A stretch of 64,000 nt of DNA from the human T2T-CHM13v2.0 reference genome, Homo sapiens (GCF_009914755.1 NC_060934.1); one strand, 5' to 3'; numbered from the stretch's first letter, positions 12,426-26,421 are shown. Translations and numbers: made by a program. The notes: generated by a model from the sequence alone, not told the origin.

Positions 12426-13729
12426 ACAGTTATTCTCCTGTTTGGTTTTACTGTAGCCAGACATCAGGCTAGTGGTCTATTTCTGGTGATATGTGCCTCT
12501 AAATGTCTACAGACTGATTTCTTTAACAAACATTTACTCAGCACCTGTTATAGGTATAATACTGTGTTCAATTCCAAAAGATATAAAAGAGGGATAAGAA
12601 ACCACAGTGATACAAATCAACATTAACTATCTTAGTTCCTTTCTCAAAGGAGTGCTAATTGAGGCAAAGACATCATTTACCTACTGCACAAATTCTCAGA
12701 GACAATCCCCCAAGATAATCAGCTGTCAATAAATGTAGGTCGTTAATGTAATAAGCAAGCTTCTAGAATTAACCCACAGTAATCTCTTCAGGTAAGCAGA
12801 TATCAGGTAACAAGCTGTGCTGAATAATGCAACTGATGTGATAATGACTCTCTTCCTTCACGTACAGTTGGTGCAGGCTAAGCCATCCTTTTCCTTAGTT
12901 TTTCAGTCCCTGTTTTGTCCTTCCCAGAACTCAGTGCTCACCACACTGAGGAGCCAACAAGTGATACCTGCTTAATGAAGGTGCAGGGTGACACTAAGAG
13001 CTACTTAGATTTTAAGAAACAACTGAAAAGGCTTCAAGAATGAATGTCTAATTGGTGGAATTTCAGGTACTTTGCAAGTTAGAAGAGATGTTTTGGAGTA
13101 TAGGAGTATTTACAGCACCCTCAAACTCACCCAAGGATGGCCATCTACCACACTCTCTACTAAAATAAGTTGTCATGGGCAATTATATTGGAAGTAAAGT
13201 CAAGGCCAAATGAGGCAATAAGGATGGATCCTTAGAATGCCAAAGACTTTGCAAGGAACATGTCAACAGTTTTTATCATTCTGAGAAGCTGCCTCTAACA
13301 GGAACAAAAAGAAAACAGAGAAATGTGCAAAGAATAAAATCTCCTGGAATTGAAGCCTCAGCAAATGAATATCCAGGAAGAGCCAATTCAATCCTTCCTG
13401 AAATAGAAGATGTGTCACTGCTGTTAACCTGACACCGTTATTACCTGCAAGTGGCTTGGGCTTTTAAGAAGTCTGGAAGTACCATCTTTTTCTTGCTGTT
13501 TAAAGGATAAACAACTAGAACAGCTCAATCCGGGAACAAATGAATTTTTCAAAGCATTCCCCAAAGAACTGGGAAACTCCTGCTATGAAGAAGGGTCCTA
13601 TCCTAATCACAACAATTTTTAAAGAAGTTTTGTAACAGTGGAAGACAGAAGACTCCCAGAAATATTTGACATCTGTAAGAATGAACAGCAGCTAAGAATG
13701 GACGGGCTGCTGCATTCACTCCTCTGTTT

Positions 13730-14065
13730 CACACCCATGCTATTCCCTTGCAAGCTCTTACTCATCCACCTTTGAACACTCAACTCAGTGGCTGCCTCCT
13801 CCAGAAAGCCTCCCCTGATCCTCCTCCCACCCAGAGGTAACTGAACCTTTTTCTAGGCTTTTCTTCCTGGGTGCTTCTGTTGTGGCGCTCATCACTCATG
13901 AAGTGGTAATTTATTTGTTTGTGTATCTGTCTCCCTTCCCTGCTAGACTGTGAGCTCCTGAGGGGAGAGCCTTGGTGTTTTGTGTCTGGGTTCCCATCAT
14001 CATGGTACCCGCAAAATAGGCCCTCAATACATGTTTAAGGAGGAGGAGAAAAATAAATGAATTGA
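13730..14065 (+). mobile_element. L2 3' end
   Basis: ctagactgtgagctcctgagggg...ccctcaatacatgttt. Confidence 0.75.
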
Positions 14066-14193
14066 GGGAGAAAATAGACAAACCTGGAGGAAACTGATTA
14101 TAATTCAACAGTACCAAGATACTAGGGAAGTCCCATCTCCCAACATGGTTTCAAATGGCCCCATAGTCCCATACCAATTCAGAACTTAAATTA

Positions 14194-14505
14194 GGCTAGG
14201 CGTGATGGCTCACACCTGTAATCCCAGCACTTTGGGAGGCTGAGGCGGGCAGATCACTTGAAGTCAGGAATCCGAGACCAGTCTGGCCAACATAGTGAAA
14301 CCTCATCTCTAATAGAATACAAAAATTAGCTGGGCATGGTGGCGGGTTCCTATAATCCCAGCTACTTGGGAGACTGAGTCAGGAGAATCACTTGAATCCA
14401 TGAGGTGGAAGTTGCAGCAAGCCAAGATCACATCACTGCATTCCAGCCTGGGGGACACAGTGAGACTCCCTCTCAGGAAAAAAAAAAAAAAGAAAGAAAG
14501 AAAAA
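14194..14505 (+). mobile_element. AluS (Sz/Sx-like), full length
   Basis: Alu dimer; 13-bp TSD agaacttaaatta at 14181-14193 and 14506-14518. Confidence 0.95.
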
Positions 14506-14922
14506 AGAACTTAAATTATATGACAATTACATCAGTTACAATATTACTACAATCCCTAGAGGATGAGGTGCATTCAAAGGACTGATTTGTGTGCTCTTCC
14601 CGTGTTTCAGGGGAGTTTCAGGTTATCTCACCTCATGTGTGCAAGAAGAAGAATGGGAATGACCTTGGAGGTAACAAGATTCACCACTCAGCAAAGCCAT
14701 TTGACCTCACTAGCCATGAGAGGTCCAAGACCTGAGAAGGCTATGGGATAGTTAAAATTCCACAGGAGAGTCTCCCCGAGGGCATTCAATTTCTGTGTCA
14801 TTAGGCATCACAAAATCTAAATGCCTAAAACTAAAAAAAAGTCATTCCTCTGAAACTAATGAGTATGCACTTTTCTCCTTCTATGAGGGTTATCTTCTAT
14901 AACTGGGAAACCAAGATTGAAA

Positions 14923-15553
14923 TGAAGTTGCCCCTGTAAACATTATAAAATTAATCAGGGAAGAAGAAAGGGGAAAAAATAAATTAATAAACCAAGCTTG
15001 AAGCACATTCAGCATTAAGCATGAGGTCAACTCATTCTCTGACCTGCTTCCTCGACATGGTTTGGTGCCTATTGTCCTAGAATCATGTAGACTCTGTGAT
15101 AAGATGATAGTTCCCCTTAAGTGCTCTATAGATAACAACTTGAACATTAAGAAATGTTAAGCTTTCCCCGTGAGGTAGTCTTTCAGGTCCTGCATACGAG
15201 TGAAACTACTACATCAGCTGATCTGAATGAAAGACCCCATGGGTGACCCCAGGAAGGTCTGAGGAACACCACAAGAAGCTGACTCACCAAAGAACACAAT
15301 TTCCACATTCTGATGATTTAATCCCCCTTCCCCTGATCAGTCAACAACCCCAATTTTCCAGCCCATCACGCTCCATGATGTTCTTAAAAACCACAGCCCA
15401 GAGCTCCTCAGAAAGATGAATTTGAGGCTCTCCTCCCATCTCCTCCCTTGGTGCCCTGAGATAGTTAAACCCTTCTCTGCTGCAAACCTGCTGTCTCAGG
15501 GTAATGGGTCTGTTACTATGCAGTGGGCACACAAACTTATTGGTTCTATATCA
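14923..15553 (+). mobile_element. Solo ERV1 LTR (LTR26-like)
   Basis: TG...CA termini with 4-bp TSD GAAA (14919-14922, 15554-15557); matches recalled LTR26 start; AP-1 site at 15280-15286. Confidence 0.85.
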
Positions 15554-16959
15554 GAAATAATACACAGAGGTGATTGAAGCCCCAGTTCGTTCTTCTCTCT
15601 TTGCTTCAAATGATATATTTTTTTGTGCTCTAGCTCAGGAAGCTGGACCTAAACTTGACACGAAGCATACTAGGAGCAAAGCTAAAAATCTAGAGATGTG
15701 TGCATATCAAATAGGAGGAAGTCAGCTCATGTTTCTCTTGCTGATTCATTTCTCCAGGAAGCCAACCCAAGGAATCAGGTGTTCAAGCAACAATGGAAAA
15801 AGATGAATTAAAATCTCCACATAAGAATACATAGATGAAGAGGAGTGTGGGTGAGGATTTTAACCCAAAGGGTCTCCTTGGAGAGTAACTTATCTTACTG
15901 GATATAAATCAACATGCTCTAATTTTTCCAGTAAGGCTGAATATATTTAAACCTTCAAAAAATATAGTAATTTTTAATGCAGTCTTAGATTGATGAAGGT
16001 TTCTTATAGTTTTTACTCCATGCTGCATATATGATGAAGATTCCATTAGGAAGTCCATCTGAACCAAGTATTTAAATCACTTAACATTAACTTTCCTTTG
16101 AATTTGTCCTCTCATATCAGCCTAGATTTTGATAACCTGCTCCTTCTAGTCATCACTCTCCCTAAATATAAAACCATTTTTTAAAAAATCAGGACGACTT
16201 TTTAAAAGTCTATGAAATTGTAAAAATTTGTAGAGTTATCACTAGCTTCTGAAGTGACACCTCTGGGTAGGCAATTCTACAAAGACTATTTGTAACTATA
16301 TGAGCTAATAGTATAGAAGCAGTGATGTAAAACTGTATTATTTGTTTATTATGAGCAACAGAATAATGGAATGAATTAATGCACCAATCTCGCTCTAATG
16401 AATCTATGGACAACATGACAGTATGGTGTGAACAGAACAAAATAAAACCATTGAGTGGGTCCATTTGCAAATAAGCCCATTTCCCCATAAGGCGAGAGAA
16501 CATTTGTTTAATTTAAAGCTTAAGAACAATCTCTTTACATACAAAATACTTTTTCTCAGTTAAAAAATTATAAGTGCTAAGACAATTAAATTAATACAGC
16601 ATCACCATTTTTAAAACTGAAAAAAAGAGGTTTAATTAATCTCATTGTGTTCTAACTCACTGTTAAATCAATAAAAGAGTTTGAAAAAAATGTGTCAACC
16701 TGACGTTGGATTCATTGTTTTTCTATTTAGTAGATATGTTTAAGAATTCATTGAGTGGTGTTGTGGAGTTTAAATGAGTTAAAACAGGACAAGGGCTTAG
16801 ACAGTCACTGGCACTGATTAAGGGCTCATTAACTGTTACCTGTTGTCAAATGTAAAGTCATGCGCCAAACTTCTATCTGCTCTTGGTTTTTCGTCTAACT
16901 GGGAACTGGACCTCTTGCCTCTACGTAAGTCTCCTACCACCCGTATTACTCTCTCTCTT

Positions 16960-17158
16960 TCCCACTGAGCTCTAACCATACTCATCTTCTTTCTGTTTCT
17001 TCAACTGTCCAAGTTTTTGGCCATCTCCACTGGAATGCAAGGCCCATAAAAGCAGAAAACATGTGTGTTTTGTTCACTGTTTCACCAAAACCTACACAAG
17101 TGCCTGACACAGACTAAGTACTCAATAAACTTTGCTAAACAAGTAAATAAATAAATGG
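16960..17158 (+). mobile_element. L2a 3' end
   Basis: ttttgttcactg...gtgcctgacacag...tactcaataaac. Confidence 0.7.
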
Positions 17159-17179
17159 AGAGCCAAAGGAAGGAATAAA

Positions 17180-17208
17180 GGGAGGCAGGGAGGGGGGGGG
17201 GGGGCGGG
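17180..17208 (+). repeat. G13 run within a G-quadruplex-capable motif
   Basis: GGG-AGGCA-GGG-A-G13-C-GGG. Confidence 0.8.
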
Positions 17209-17689
17209 TCTTAGTTCATTCTCACTAAGATTAAGTCTATGGTCAATACTAGTTTGCTAGTGTTTCCTTTATCAAACCATGCTTGTTATTAGGATCAGGC
17301 TGCTCCCACCTCACTTCCTATGTCTATATGATTTTTTTGTACTCACAAAAAGGATTTTCCTCTCTTGCATTCCAACACAAGGAGTTCCTTGACAATTTAA
17401 TATTATATAATATATGCACCTGGAAAGATGTTTGACATCTAATTTTTGACTTACACTTAACCACATATTTCCGCTTTCATTTGAAGGCAAAATGGAACAT
17501 TTTCTTGTCAATTTTTTTTTCTAGATTATGTGAAGAAGAAATTAATAGTCTTGTCCCATGTTAATCTAAAGCTCTTCTGATTACATAAATTTAATAGAGG
17601 ACTCTCCCTAAACAAACTTTAATTCCACACTTAAAGTATCTTTACAATGACAAAATTGTTCTGCATTCTATAGATATTGGAATATAACA

Positions 17690-17910
17690 CATTGCATAAT
17701 TTAGAGGTTAAGAAAATGGACTCTGGATTCAGACCAGGGGTTCAAACTCTAGTTCCTATTACTAACCATGTGGACATTGAAACCTTCTGAGGTGTTCTTT
17801 CTTCATCAAGCAAATAAAGAAAATCGTAGTAGTGCTACTAAGTAGAATAATAAGTTTGTAAAAGGCTTATCATGGCACTTTGCACCTAGTAAGTACTCAA
17901 TAAATACAGA
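17690..17910 (+). mobile_element. MIR
   Basis: gaggttaagaaaatggactctgg...gggttcaaact...tagtaagtactcaataaat. Confidence 0.7.
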
Positions 17911-18723
17911 AGCTGCTTGTAGACCTAGAGAGAGCAAACTAGAACTAAGATCAGAATCCCCTAATGATAGCCAGGCAAGCCAGTACCTGACCTATTGAAC
18001 ATCTGGTAGAGATCCACTGAGTGAACGGCTGCTACTGGTGACTAACTGCATGACAGCCTTTCCTTGTCTTCCTCGCTAATGTCTGTTCAGGTTGTGTGGC
18101 CCTTCCTATACTGATGTGATGTATTTTGTAGAATCCCTCTCCTTGAGCCTGTGATGGCCAAAATTGCGTGCATACCATAAATGCTTAACTAGGTAAAATG
18201 CCTTTGTAAGACTCTGATGTTAGTCCCTGCTGACAACTTTCTACCTCACTACAATCCACTTTAATCTTTGCATTGACATTTCTGTTTAGAAGAGCAAGCC
18301 AGGAATGATGGCTCTGGGCTGAGAATCTGGAATGCAGATTATAACTGCTCAGCAAGTTCGCTTGCTTTGTGTAAACTGGCCGCACTTCTTTTGTCCTCAT
18401 TTGGAAAATAGCTTTGGCTGCTTGATATCGCCACATCTTCCATTTTACACATTCTCAGTTTCTGACAAGAAAAGTAGAGAGTGGAATGCCACACTGTTGC
18501 AAATCTGCGGATACGCATCAGCTTAACCTTATTTGTTCTGGTGGATTTTTGTAGATGAGAATGAATATTTGGGCTACAAACTTCCAGCTTGATTCCCTTC
18601 TCTTAGTTCCAATTTCCCAGGGTTTGTTTGCTCAAATGCCCAATGTAAGAGCACTACTCTATTCTAGGGGCCACCTTCCACTGCTGTGGGTTGACCTCAA
18701 CAGGCATTAAACCTGTATGCAGA

Positions 18724-18897
18724 GCCAGGCATGGTGGCACATGCTTATAATCCCGGCTCCTTGGAGGCTGAGGCGGGACGATCACTTGAGCCCAGAAGTT
18801 TGAGACTGCAGTAAGTTATGATCACACAACTCCAGCCTGGGCAACATAGCAAGACCTTGTCTCTAAAAATAAATAATAAGTAAATAAAACGTTTTAA
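18724..18897 (+). mobile_element. Free Alu monomer (FRAM/FAM-like)
   Basis: Single right-arm-type monomer with A-rich tail; diverged TSD aaacctgtatgcaga / aaacctgtgcgcaga. Confidence 0.85.
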
Positions 18898-19985
18898 AAA
18901 CCTGTGCGCAGAAATGAAAGCCCATGAACAGCAAAAAAATCAAATGCAATCCTGGAGCTATGCATAAACCAAAGGAGAGATGAATATGTCTAGATTAAAG
19001 TTCTTTAGCATCTACTGTCCATCTTATGGGATTCCATAGACAAACATACAGTAGAAAAGCTCAAAATAAAATGGCTTTATTCTATATTTAAAACTACATT
19101 TTTTCCTTATTTGTGTTATTGCAGACTATTAGTTTTTCATGCACAGGCAAGAGCTAAACAAATACACTGATTCCCCAATGTGACCCTCTATAGCATCAAG
19201 ACCTATTTTTATAGCAGTGTAAGTACATGCACCAACTATTATGTGTTCTTATGAAGTAATCCTCATCCTGTCAACTGCTGTAAGATCCTGGGGAACATGC
19301 TGAGCAATGCTGGTGTTCTATGGTTATGCAGTACTTGGCCAAGCTCAGTGGGTAATTTCTCCTAAGTATATATATGCTTAAATGGCACCTACCAATTATC
19401 TCTCTTTGGAAGAGTGCAAGTGTAGCATGCCCACTCTCCCAGATGTGTGCACATTCCCGCCTCCACAGAGCTGTCTCTTCGCCTCTCCTCTCTAGAAGCT
19501 CTGGGTTAGTCCTTTCTCCAGGCACAGAGGCAGCTGAGTGAACTCAGCCTAGGGGAGCTATCACTGTTCTTTTCTTACCTCTAGGAGTTACAACAGAGAA
19601 AACCTGTTCTCCAGAAAAAGACCACCCTCTACAATGTCTTCATAGGAAAAAAAATGGTCACACCTGTGACACAGCCCTAATTGAATTCTTATAGGCACCT
19701 CAGATCAAAGCTACCCAATAACCTGAGGTAATGGAAAAGAAAAACAATAGAGTATGACATTTATTCATGTACCAAATTCTTGGTTTCTCACCTATTAATT
19801 TTTGGTCTTGCAAATTTTGCTGGAACAGAACATGATAGAGTACTGGCTCTGAAGTTCTAGGTTCAGATAACAAACTCAAAAGGGGTTTAGGAAACTAATC
19901 CAAGGGAGAATCATAAATTTGAACCTTAACATGGACTCTGTTCTCCACATTAAAATATATTGTACTACCTTTTTTCATATAACAT

Positions 19986-22960
19986 ATCAAAGAAACCAAG
20001 AGTTGGCTCTTCGAAAGAATATACAAGAATGCTAGACAGCTGGCCAGATTAACAAAAAAAGAAGATTCAAATAAGTGCAATCAGAAATGACACAGATGAC
20101 ATTACAACTGATCCCACAGAATTACAAAAGATTCTCGAAGACTATTATGAATACCTCTATGCACATAAATTAGGAAATCTAGAGGAGATAGATAAATTCC
20201 TGGAAACACACAACCTCCCAAGATTGAACCAGGAAGAAAGTGAAAACCTGAACAGACCAATAACAAGCTCTGAAATGGAATCAGTAATTTAAAAAAAACC
20301 TACCAACCAAAAAAAAAAAAAAAAGTCCTGGACCAGATGGGTTCACAACCAAATTCTACCAGATGTGCAAGGAACTGGTACCAATCCTACTGCAACTATG
20401 CCAAAACACTGAGGAGGAAGGGCTCCTCCCTGATGCATTCTATGAAGCCAGCATCATCTTTATACCAGAAGATGGCAGAGACACAACAAAAAAAGAAAAA
20501 CATTAGGCCAATATCCCTGATGAACATAGATGCAAAAATCCTCAATAAAATACTGGCAAATCAAATCCAGTGGCACATCAAAAAGTTAATTCACCACAAA
20601 CCAAGTAGGCTTTATCCCTGGGATGCAAGGTTGGTTCAGTATATGCAAATCAATAAATGCGATTAGCATTATAAACAGAATTAAAAGCAAAAACACATGA
20701 TCATCTCAATAGCCTCAGAAAAAGATTTTGATTAAATCTAACATCCCTTCATGATAGAAACTCTGAAAAGAGTAAGCATCAAAGGAACATACCTCAAAAT
20801 AATAAAAACCATCTATGACAAACCCACAACCAACATTATACTGAATGGGCAAAGCTACAAGCATTCCCCTTGAGAAGAGGAACAAAGCAAAGACTCCCGC
20901 TCTCATTACTCCTATTCAATATGGCATTGCAAGTCCTAGCCAGAGCAACCAGGCAAGAGAAAGAAAGAAAAGGCAACCAAATAGGAAAAGAAGAAGTCAA
21001 ACTACCTCTCTTCACTGATAATATTACTCTTTACTTAGAAAACCCTAAAGATTCTTATAAAAGGCTGTTATAACTGATCAATGATTTTAGCAAGGTTTCA
21101 GAATACAAAATCAATGTACAAAAATCAGTAGCATTTCTACACACCAACAACATCCATGCTGAGAGTCAAATCAAGAACACAGTCCCATTGACAATAGCCA
21201 CACAGAAAATAAAATACCTAGGAGCACAGCTAAAAAAGGAAGTGAAAGATCTCTATGTGGAGAACTACAAAACACTGCTGAAAGAAGTCAGAGACAACAC
21301 AAATAAATGGAAAAACATTTCATGCTCATGGATAGGAAGACTGAATATTGTTAAAATGGCCATACTACCTAAAGCAATTTACAGATTCAACACTATTCCT
21401 ATCAAACTACCAATAACATTCTTCACAGAATTAGAAAAAACTATTCTAAAGTTCATATGACTCCATAAAAGAGCCTGAGTGGCCAAAGCAATTCTAAACA
21501 ACAAAAACAAAAACAAAAAAACAAAGCTGGAGGCATCAAACTACCAACAAAGCTGGAGGCATCAAACTACCTGACTTCAAATATACTATAAGGCTACAGT
21601 AACCAAAACAGCATGGTATTGGTAAAAAAAACAGACATATAGATCAGTGGGACTGAACAGAGAACACAGAAATAAAGCCGCACATCTAGAGCCATCTGAT
21701 TTTCAACAAGGCTGACAAAAACAAGCAGTGGGGAAGGGACTCTCTATTAAATAAATGGTGTGGGTATAACTGGCTAACCATACGTAGAAGAATGAAACTG
21801 GACTCTTACCTTTCACCATGTACAAAAATTAACTCAAAATGGATTAAAGATTTAAATAGAAGACCTCAAACTATAAAATCTTTGAAGAAAACCTAGGAAA
21901 TACCCATCTCAACATCAGCCTTGGCAAAGAATTTTTTACTAAGTTCCTAAAAGCAACTATAACAAAAACAAAAATTGACAAGTGGGACCTAATTAAACTA
22001 AAGAGCTTTTGCACAGCAAAAGAAACTATCAACAAAGTAAAAAGACAACCTATAGAATGGGAGAAAATATTCGCAAACTATGCATCTGACAAAGGTCTAA
22101 TAACTAGGATCTATAAGGAACTTAAAAAAATTGACAAGCAAATAATCCCACTAAAAAATGGACAAAAGACATGAAATGACACTTCTCAAAAGAAGACATA
22201 CAAGTGGCTAACAAACATGAAAAACTGCTCATCATCACTAATCGTCAGAGAAATTCAAATTTAAACCACAATGAGATACCGTCTCACACCAGTTAGAATG
22301 GCTATTACTAAAAAATCAAAAAACAACAGATGCTGGCAAGGCTGCGGAGAAAAGGGAATGTTTACACACTGTTGGTGGGAATGTAAATTTGTTCAGCCAA
22401 TGTGGAAAGCAGTTTGGAAATTTCTCAAAACACTTAAATCAGAGCTACCATTCAACCCAACAATCCCACTACTGGGTATATACCCAAAGGAAACTAGATA
22501 ATTATACCAAAAAAACACATGCACCTACATGCTCATTGCCATGAAATTTCACAGTAGCAAATACATTGAATCAACCTAGGTGCCCATCAATGGTGGACTA
22601 AATAAAGAAAATGTGGTACATACACATCATGGAATATTAAAAAGCCATAAAAAAGGGTGAAATCAAGTCTTTTGTGGTAACGGGAATGGAGCTGGAGGCC
22701 ATAATCCTAAGCAAATTAACACAAAAACAGAAAACCAAACACTGCGTGTTCTCACTTATAAGTGGGAGCTGAGCACTGAGCACACATGGACATAAACATG
22801 GGAACAATATATACTATGGACTACTAGAGAGGGGAGGGAAAGGACCGTGGGTTGAAAAACTACCTATTGGGTACTATGCTCGCTACCTGGGTGCAATATA
22901 TTCACATAACAAACCTGCATATGTACCCCCTGTATCTAAAATAAAAACTGAAATTAAAAA
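19986..22960 (+). mobile_element. 5'-truncated L1PA16/17-like LINE-1 (degenerate ORF2 RT + C-terminal domain + 3'UTR)
   Basis: ORF fragments [34 protein letters not shown] (decayed FADD motif) and [20 protein letters not shown]; old L1PA 3'UTR and A-tail; many stops and frameshifts. Confidence 0.95.
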
Positions 22961-23366
22961 TATATATTTTTAAAAGTACTGTATGTATACTACTTTTAAT
23001 TATGAAATGCCAATTTGTTATATTCTCTCTCTCTCCTTCTCTCCCTCCCCTGCTCAGTGTCTCTTGCTCTTTTCTCTCTCTTGCTGTCTTCTCTTCCCTC
23101 TTCCTCATTAAGCTGTATGGTTAAGGAAATGAGAGCAATCTCTGCTTCAAGGCACAGCCAAGAGGAATCAGCGCTCTTGACTTTGACATCTTCAATTCCT
23201 ACTACCACACTTCGTCAGAGAAAAAAAATGACAGGAAACTTCTAGACAAGATGATTCCCTGCCATTATCCTTAAAGATCTATCCAAATCACATCATTCCT
23301 TTCACTTGCTAATTGGTTTCGTAAGCCTTCTTCCCTTCCTTATGTTTTCTATTCTTATTTTTGGGA

Positions 23367-23578
23367 CAATTGCCGACGTATGCATAGTTCTGGATTTTTT
23401 TTTTAAGTAATTTGTAGTTGACTATCGTTTATTTCTGCAATTGGTGTAATTAAATCTAATTACATAATCGGTGAAAGACTGAGTAATTACATAATTAGAA
23501 TGTGCAATAATAACAGTTGAAATCCTATTGTTATGACGTGTAATGATACAATTATGATGTATAACATTCACAGGGTAC
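23367..23578. mobile_element. MER135-like ancient conserved repeat
   Basis: tgccgacgtatgcatagttctggatttt...taattacataat...gtaattacataatt resembles the recalled MER135 consensus. Confidence 0.5.
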
Positions 23579-23989
23579 TCTGCAACGAGCAAAAACGGCT
23601 CTAACCCTGGCTGAATGGAGCACAGCTAAAGTTGGAGACCTGGAAAGTAGCTTTCAGCACCTATACTTGGACTTGCTTATCATCCTTATCCCCCTAATGT
23701 ATCCTTTGACTTTTATACTCCACAGGAATCAAAGGCAGTAGGCGAGGTCTAAGGAAGGTCCTCATGAGGGCAGGAGCACTCACATCTCCAAGAACCAAAT
23801 CACCAATACAATCAGCCCTTAGACAGAAAGGAGCAGCAAGAGATGGACTCACATTTCTGAAACAGTCACTCCTGCATGTCAGTTTTAAGTTTGAAACTGT
23901 AATCAGGAGACAAAAAGTTAGGGTTGGAGAATGTCTGGTGATCACACACACAATTACAAGTGGGCCTAGTGATTATGGCCTGGGACATA

Positions 23990-25910
23990 GCTCCCAGCTC
24001 TCAGTCTGCCCTCTCCACCCCAACTCCAGTCATCTTAATCACCAGGACATAGACCAACCACCAGAAGTGCTGGCCTCCCAGGTCCTTGCTCTGCTGATTG
24101 TCGGTGACCCTTTCCTTTCCTCCACGCCACCCACCCACTCCCATGATCTTGCTCTGGACCCGAAGAAAGCAGCAACTATAGTGTTTCTGATATCTCGGCC
24201 TCAAACACCCCATTCATCAACAGCAACCTCTCATCCTTGTGCTCGCCTGTTCACGTGCTCCCCACTGGGACCCTTCCCCAACCTCAGAGAAATCTCCAAA
24301 TTCTGGACACCTCCCCCGACATCCCACCCCTGGCCAGTCATCTGCTCCCTGCCTTGCCTTGCAACGCTCCTTGTCCAGCCTAATTCCCATAGTCCACCAT
24401 TGTCATCACCCCTGGGCAGCACCCTCCTTCCATAACAGAAGCCCTCAGCCCTACTTCACACCAGCTCTGGAAAGCTGAAAGTTCCTGAATAAAACCACAC
24501 AAGGGAAATGACTGGTTTCGCTTTAAATTCATGATCTCAAACTGCAAATTGACACTCCATACTGACTGGCAAACTGCTATTTTTCTTGAATTGGTTTGCT
24601 TTCCAATTTTCCAAGGCCACTATTTCACAGTTTTCCTTCTCTCCTCCAACCTCCCATGTTCTTTTCTGCACCATCAGGCTCAGTGGATGGCCTCGCCTCA
24701 TCATGTCATTAAAAGTCACATAAAAGAATCAGGCCAGTTACACTTTTTTTCCTACCAGCAGCTCTCCAACACTGCACTTACAGGCGCCCAGCACATCCTC
24801 TGCCTCTTCATTCATAACACACCATGCCCTCCACAGACACTCTTTCAGCCCTGTACTGTCTAACTGTACTGTGTTGCTATAGCAAGCTCTCCCTTGCTGC
24901 TGGAGCTCTGCTGCCAAAATATAAGCTTGCTCAACTGTCCTCCATAGCCAACCACATTTCCAGAGACTACTGCAGGCTCCATCCTTTAGCCCACTTTGAT
25001 CAGGCCCTCCCTCCACTCACTAGAGCTTCAATGTCAAAGAAACCAGCAACATCCCTGTCACAAACTCCACAGATGACCCTAGACCCTTACCTTCCCTCTG
25101 TCTCAACAGTGCTTGGCAATTGGCCACTCCCTCTGCCTGAAACCCTCTCCTCCCTAGGCTTCTGCCATCTCCTTGCCCTGTGTGTGCCCTTCCTCAGTTT
25201 CCCATCCAGCCTCCTCCTGCTTTACTCACCCTCTAAATGTTGGGCATCCTCTTGCCTTCACCTGGGGCACCTTCTCTCCTCTCCCTACACTCTTTCCCCA
25301 GATGGTACCATCAACTCACAGGCATTCAAAGTCATCTTTGTAATTTCCAAATGTAATATGATTCCTCTCTTCTGAGTTCTGGACTCAATTATCTACCCTG
25401 CTGTTTGACATCTTCTCTTTCAGGTGTCACAGACTTCTTAAACTGAACATATCCAAGATGGAAATCCTGATTTCTCCCTAGTGCAGCCCTTAGCCCCCAG
25501 TGCAGCCCCTCCCTTCCCAGTAAATGCTACCACCAGCGACTTGTCATTGAAGCCAAACACTAGAAGGCTAGAAGGACCCTGATTCCTCCTTCCATTCACT
25601 CCACATCCAATTCATCATGGAGTCCTGTCCAAAATGTCTTTCTCCTCTTTAATTTCCCTACTTCACCACCCCACTAGATCAGGCCAGTGCCCTCTTCTGT
25701 CGGGATGGTCTTTTCTTTATCTTCTGAACATGATTACAGATTGCACCTGTTTTGTTTTGTTTTGTTTTGTCTGTCTTTTATTTTTGCTTTTTTTTTTTTT
25801 GCCTGTCTCCTCCTCTAGACTGTGTTCCCTGATTACATTTATTGTTTTACTTATTTACAGTTTCCAGCATAGATCAGGTAATTAACTTTCATTAGATAAA
25901 TAAATAAATG
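23990..25910 (+). mobile_element. L2 LINE, long degenerate fragment
   Basis: C/T-rich L2 ORF-region motifs (ctggcctcccagg..., cacccactcccatg...) ending in an L2 3' end with taaataaatg. Confidence 0.75.
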
Positions 25911-26058
25911 ACTATGGTATTGGCATCTATAATATGCAGACTATGAGCCTCATGGTAAACTTATAAGGGCCAAGATGAAAGCCAGGGCCAGAGCAGAGAT
26001 AATAAACTTAGCTGAAAGCTACTCAAAAAGTTAAACATCGAGATACCATATCTTGATG

Positions 26059-26278
26059 TGCTATGAACTGGATTGCATTCCCCCAAAATTCATATGTTGA
26101 AGCCCCAGTCCCCAGTGTTATGGCATTTGGAGGTGGAGCCTTTGGGAGATAATTAGGTCTAATGAGGTCATCATAAGAGTGGGGCCTTATGATGGGATTA
26201 ATGTCCTTGTAAGAACAGATACCAGTGAGCAGTGAGCTTGCCCCTCCCCCCCACCTGTCTCTCTCTCTCTCCTCTCTC

Positions 26279-26309
<31 letters not shown>

Positions 26310-26415
26310 GCCGTGTGAGGACACAGCAAGAAGGTGGCCATCTGCAACCCTGGAAGAGAGCCCTCACCAGAAATTGACCATGCTGTTGCCTTGATCTTAG
26401 ACTTCTTAGCCTCTA
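26059..26415 (+). mobile_element. MaLR LTR (MLT1A-like), 3' end lost, internal (CT)n
   Basis: tgctatg...ccccaaaattcatatgttgaag...gaggacacagcaagaaggtggccatctgcaa MLT1 motifs. Confidence 0.85.
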
Positions 26416-26421
26416 TTTCTA

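Noticed and set aside
20337-22501. Reverse-transcriptase-like ORF pieces as a novel system
   Set aside because: Fragments of dead L1 ORF2; the catalytic FADD motif has decayed to FTDN.
23764-25375. 223-aa and 183-aa plus-strand ORFs
   Set aside because: They lie largely in a decayed C/T-rich L2, have low-complexity P/S/L composition and show no recognisable domain.
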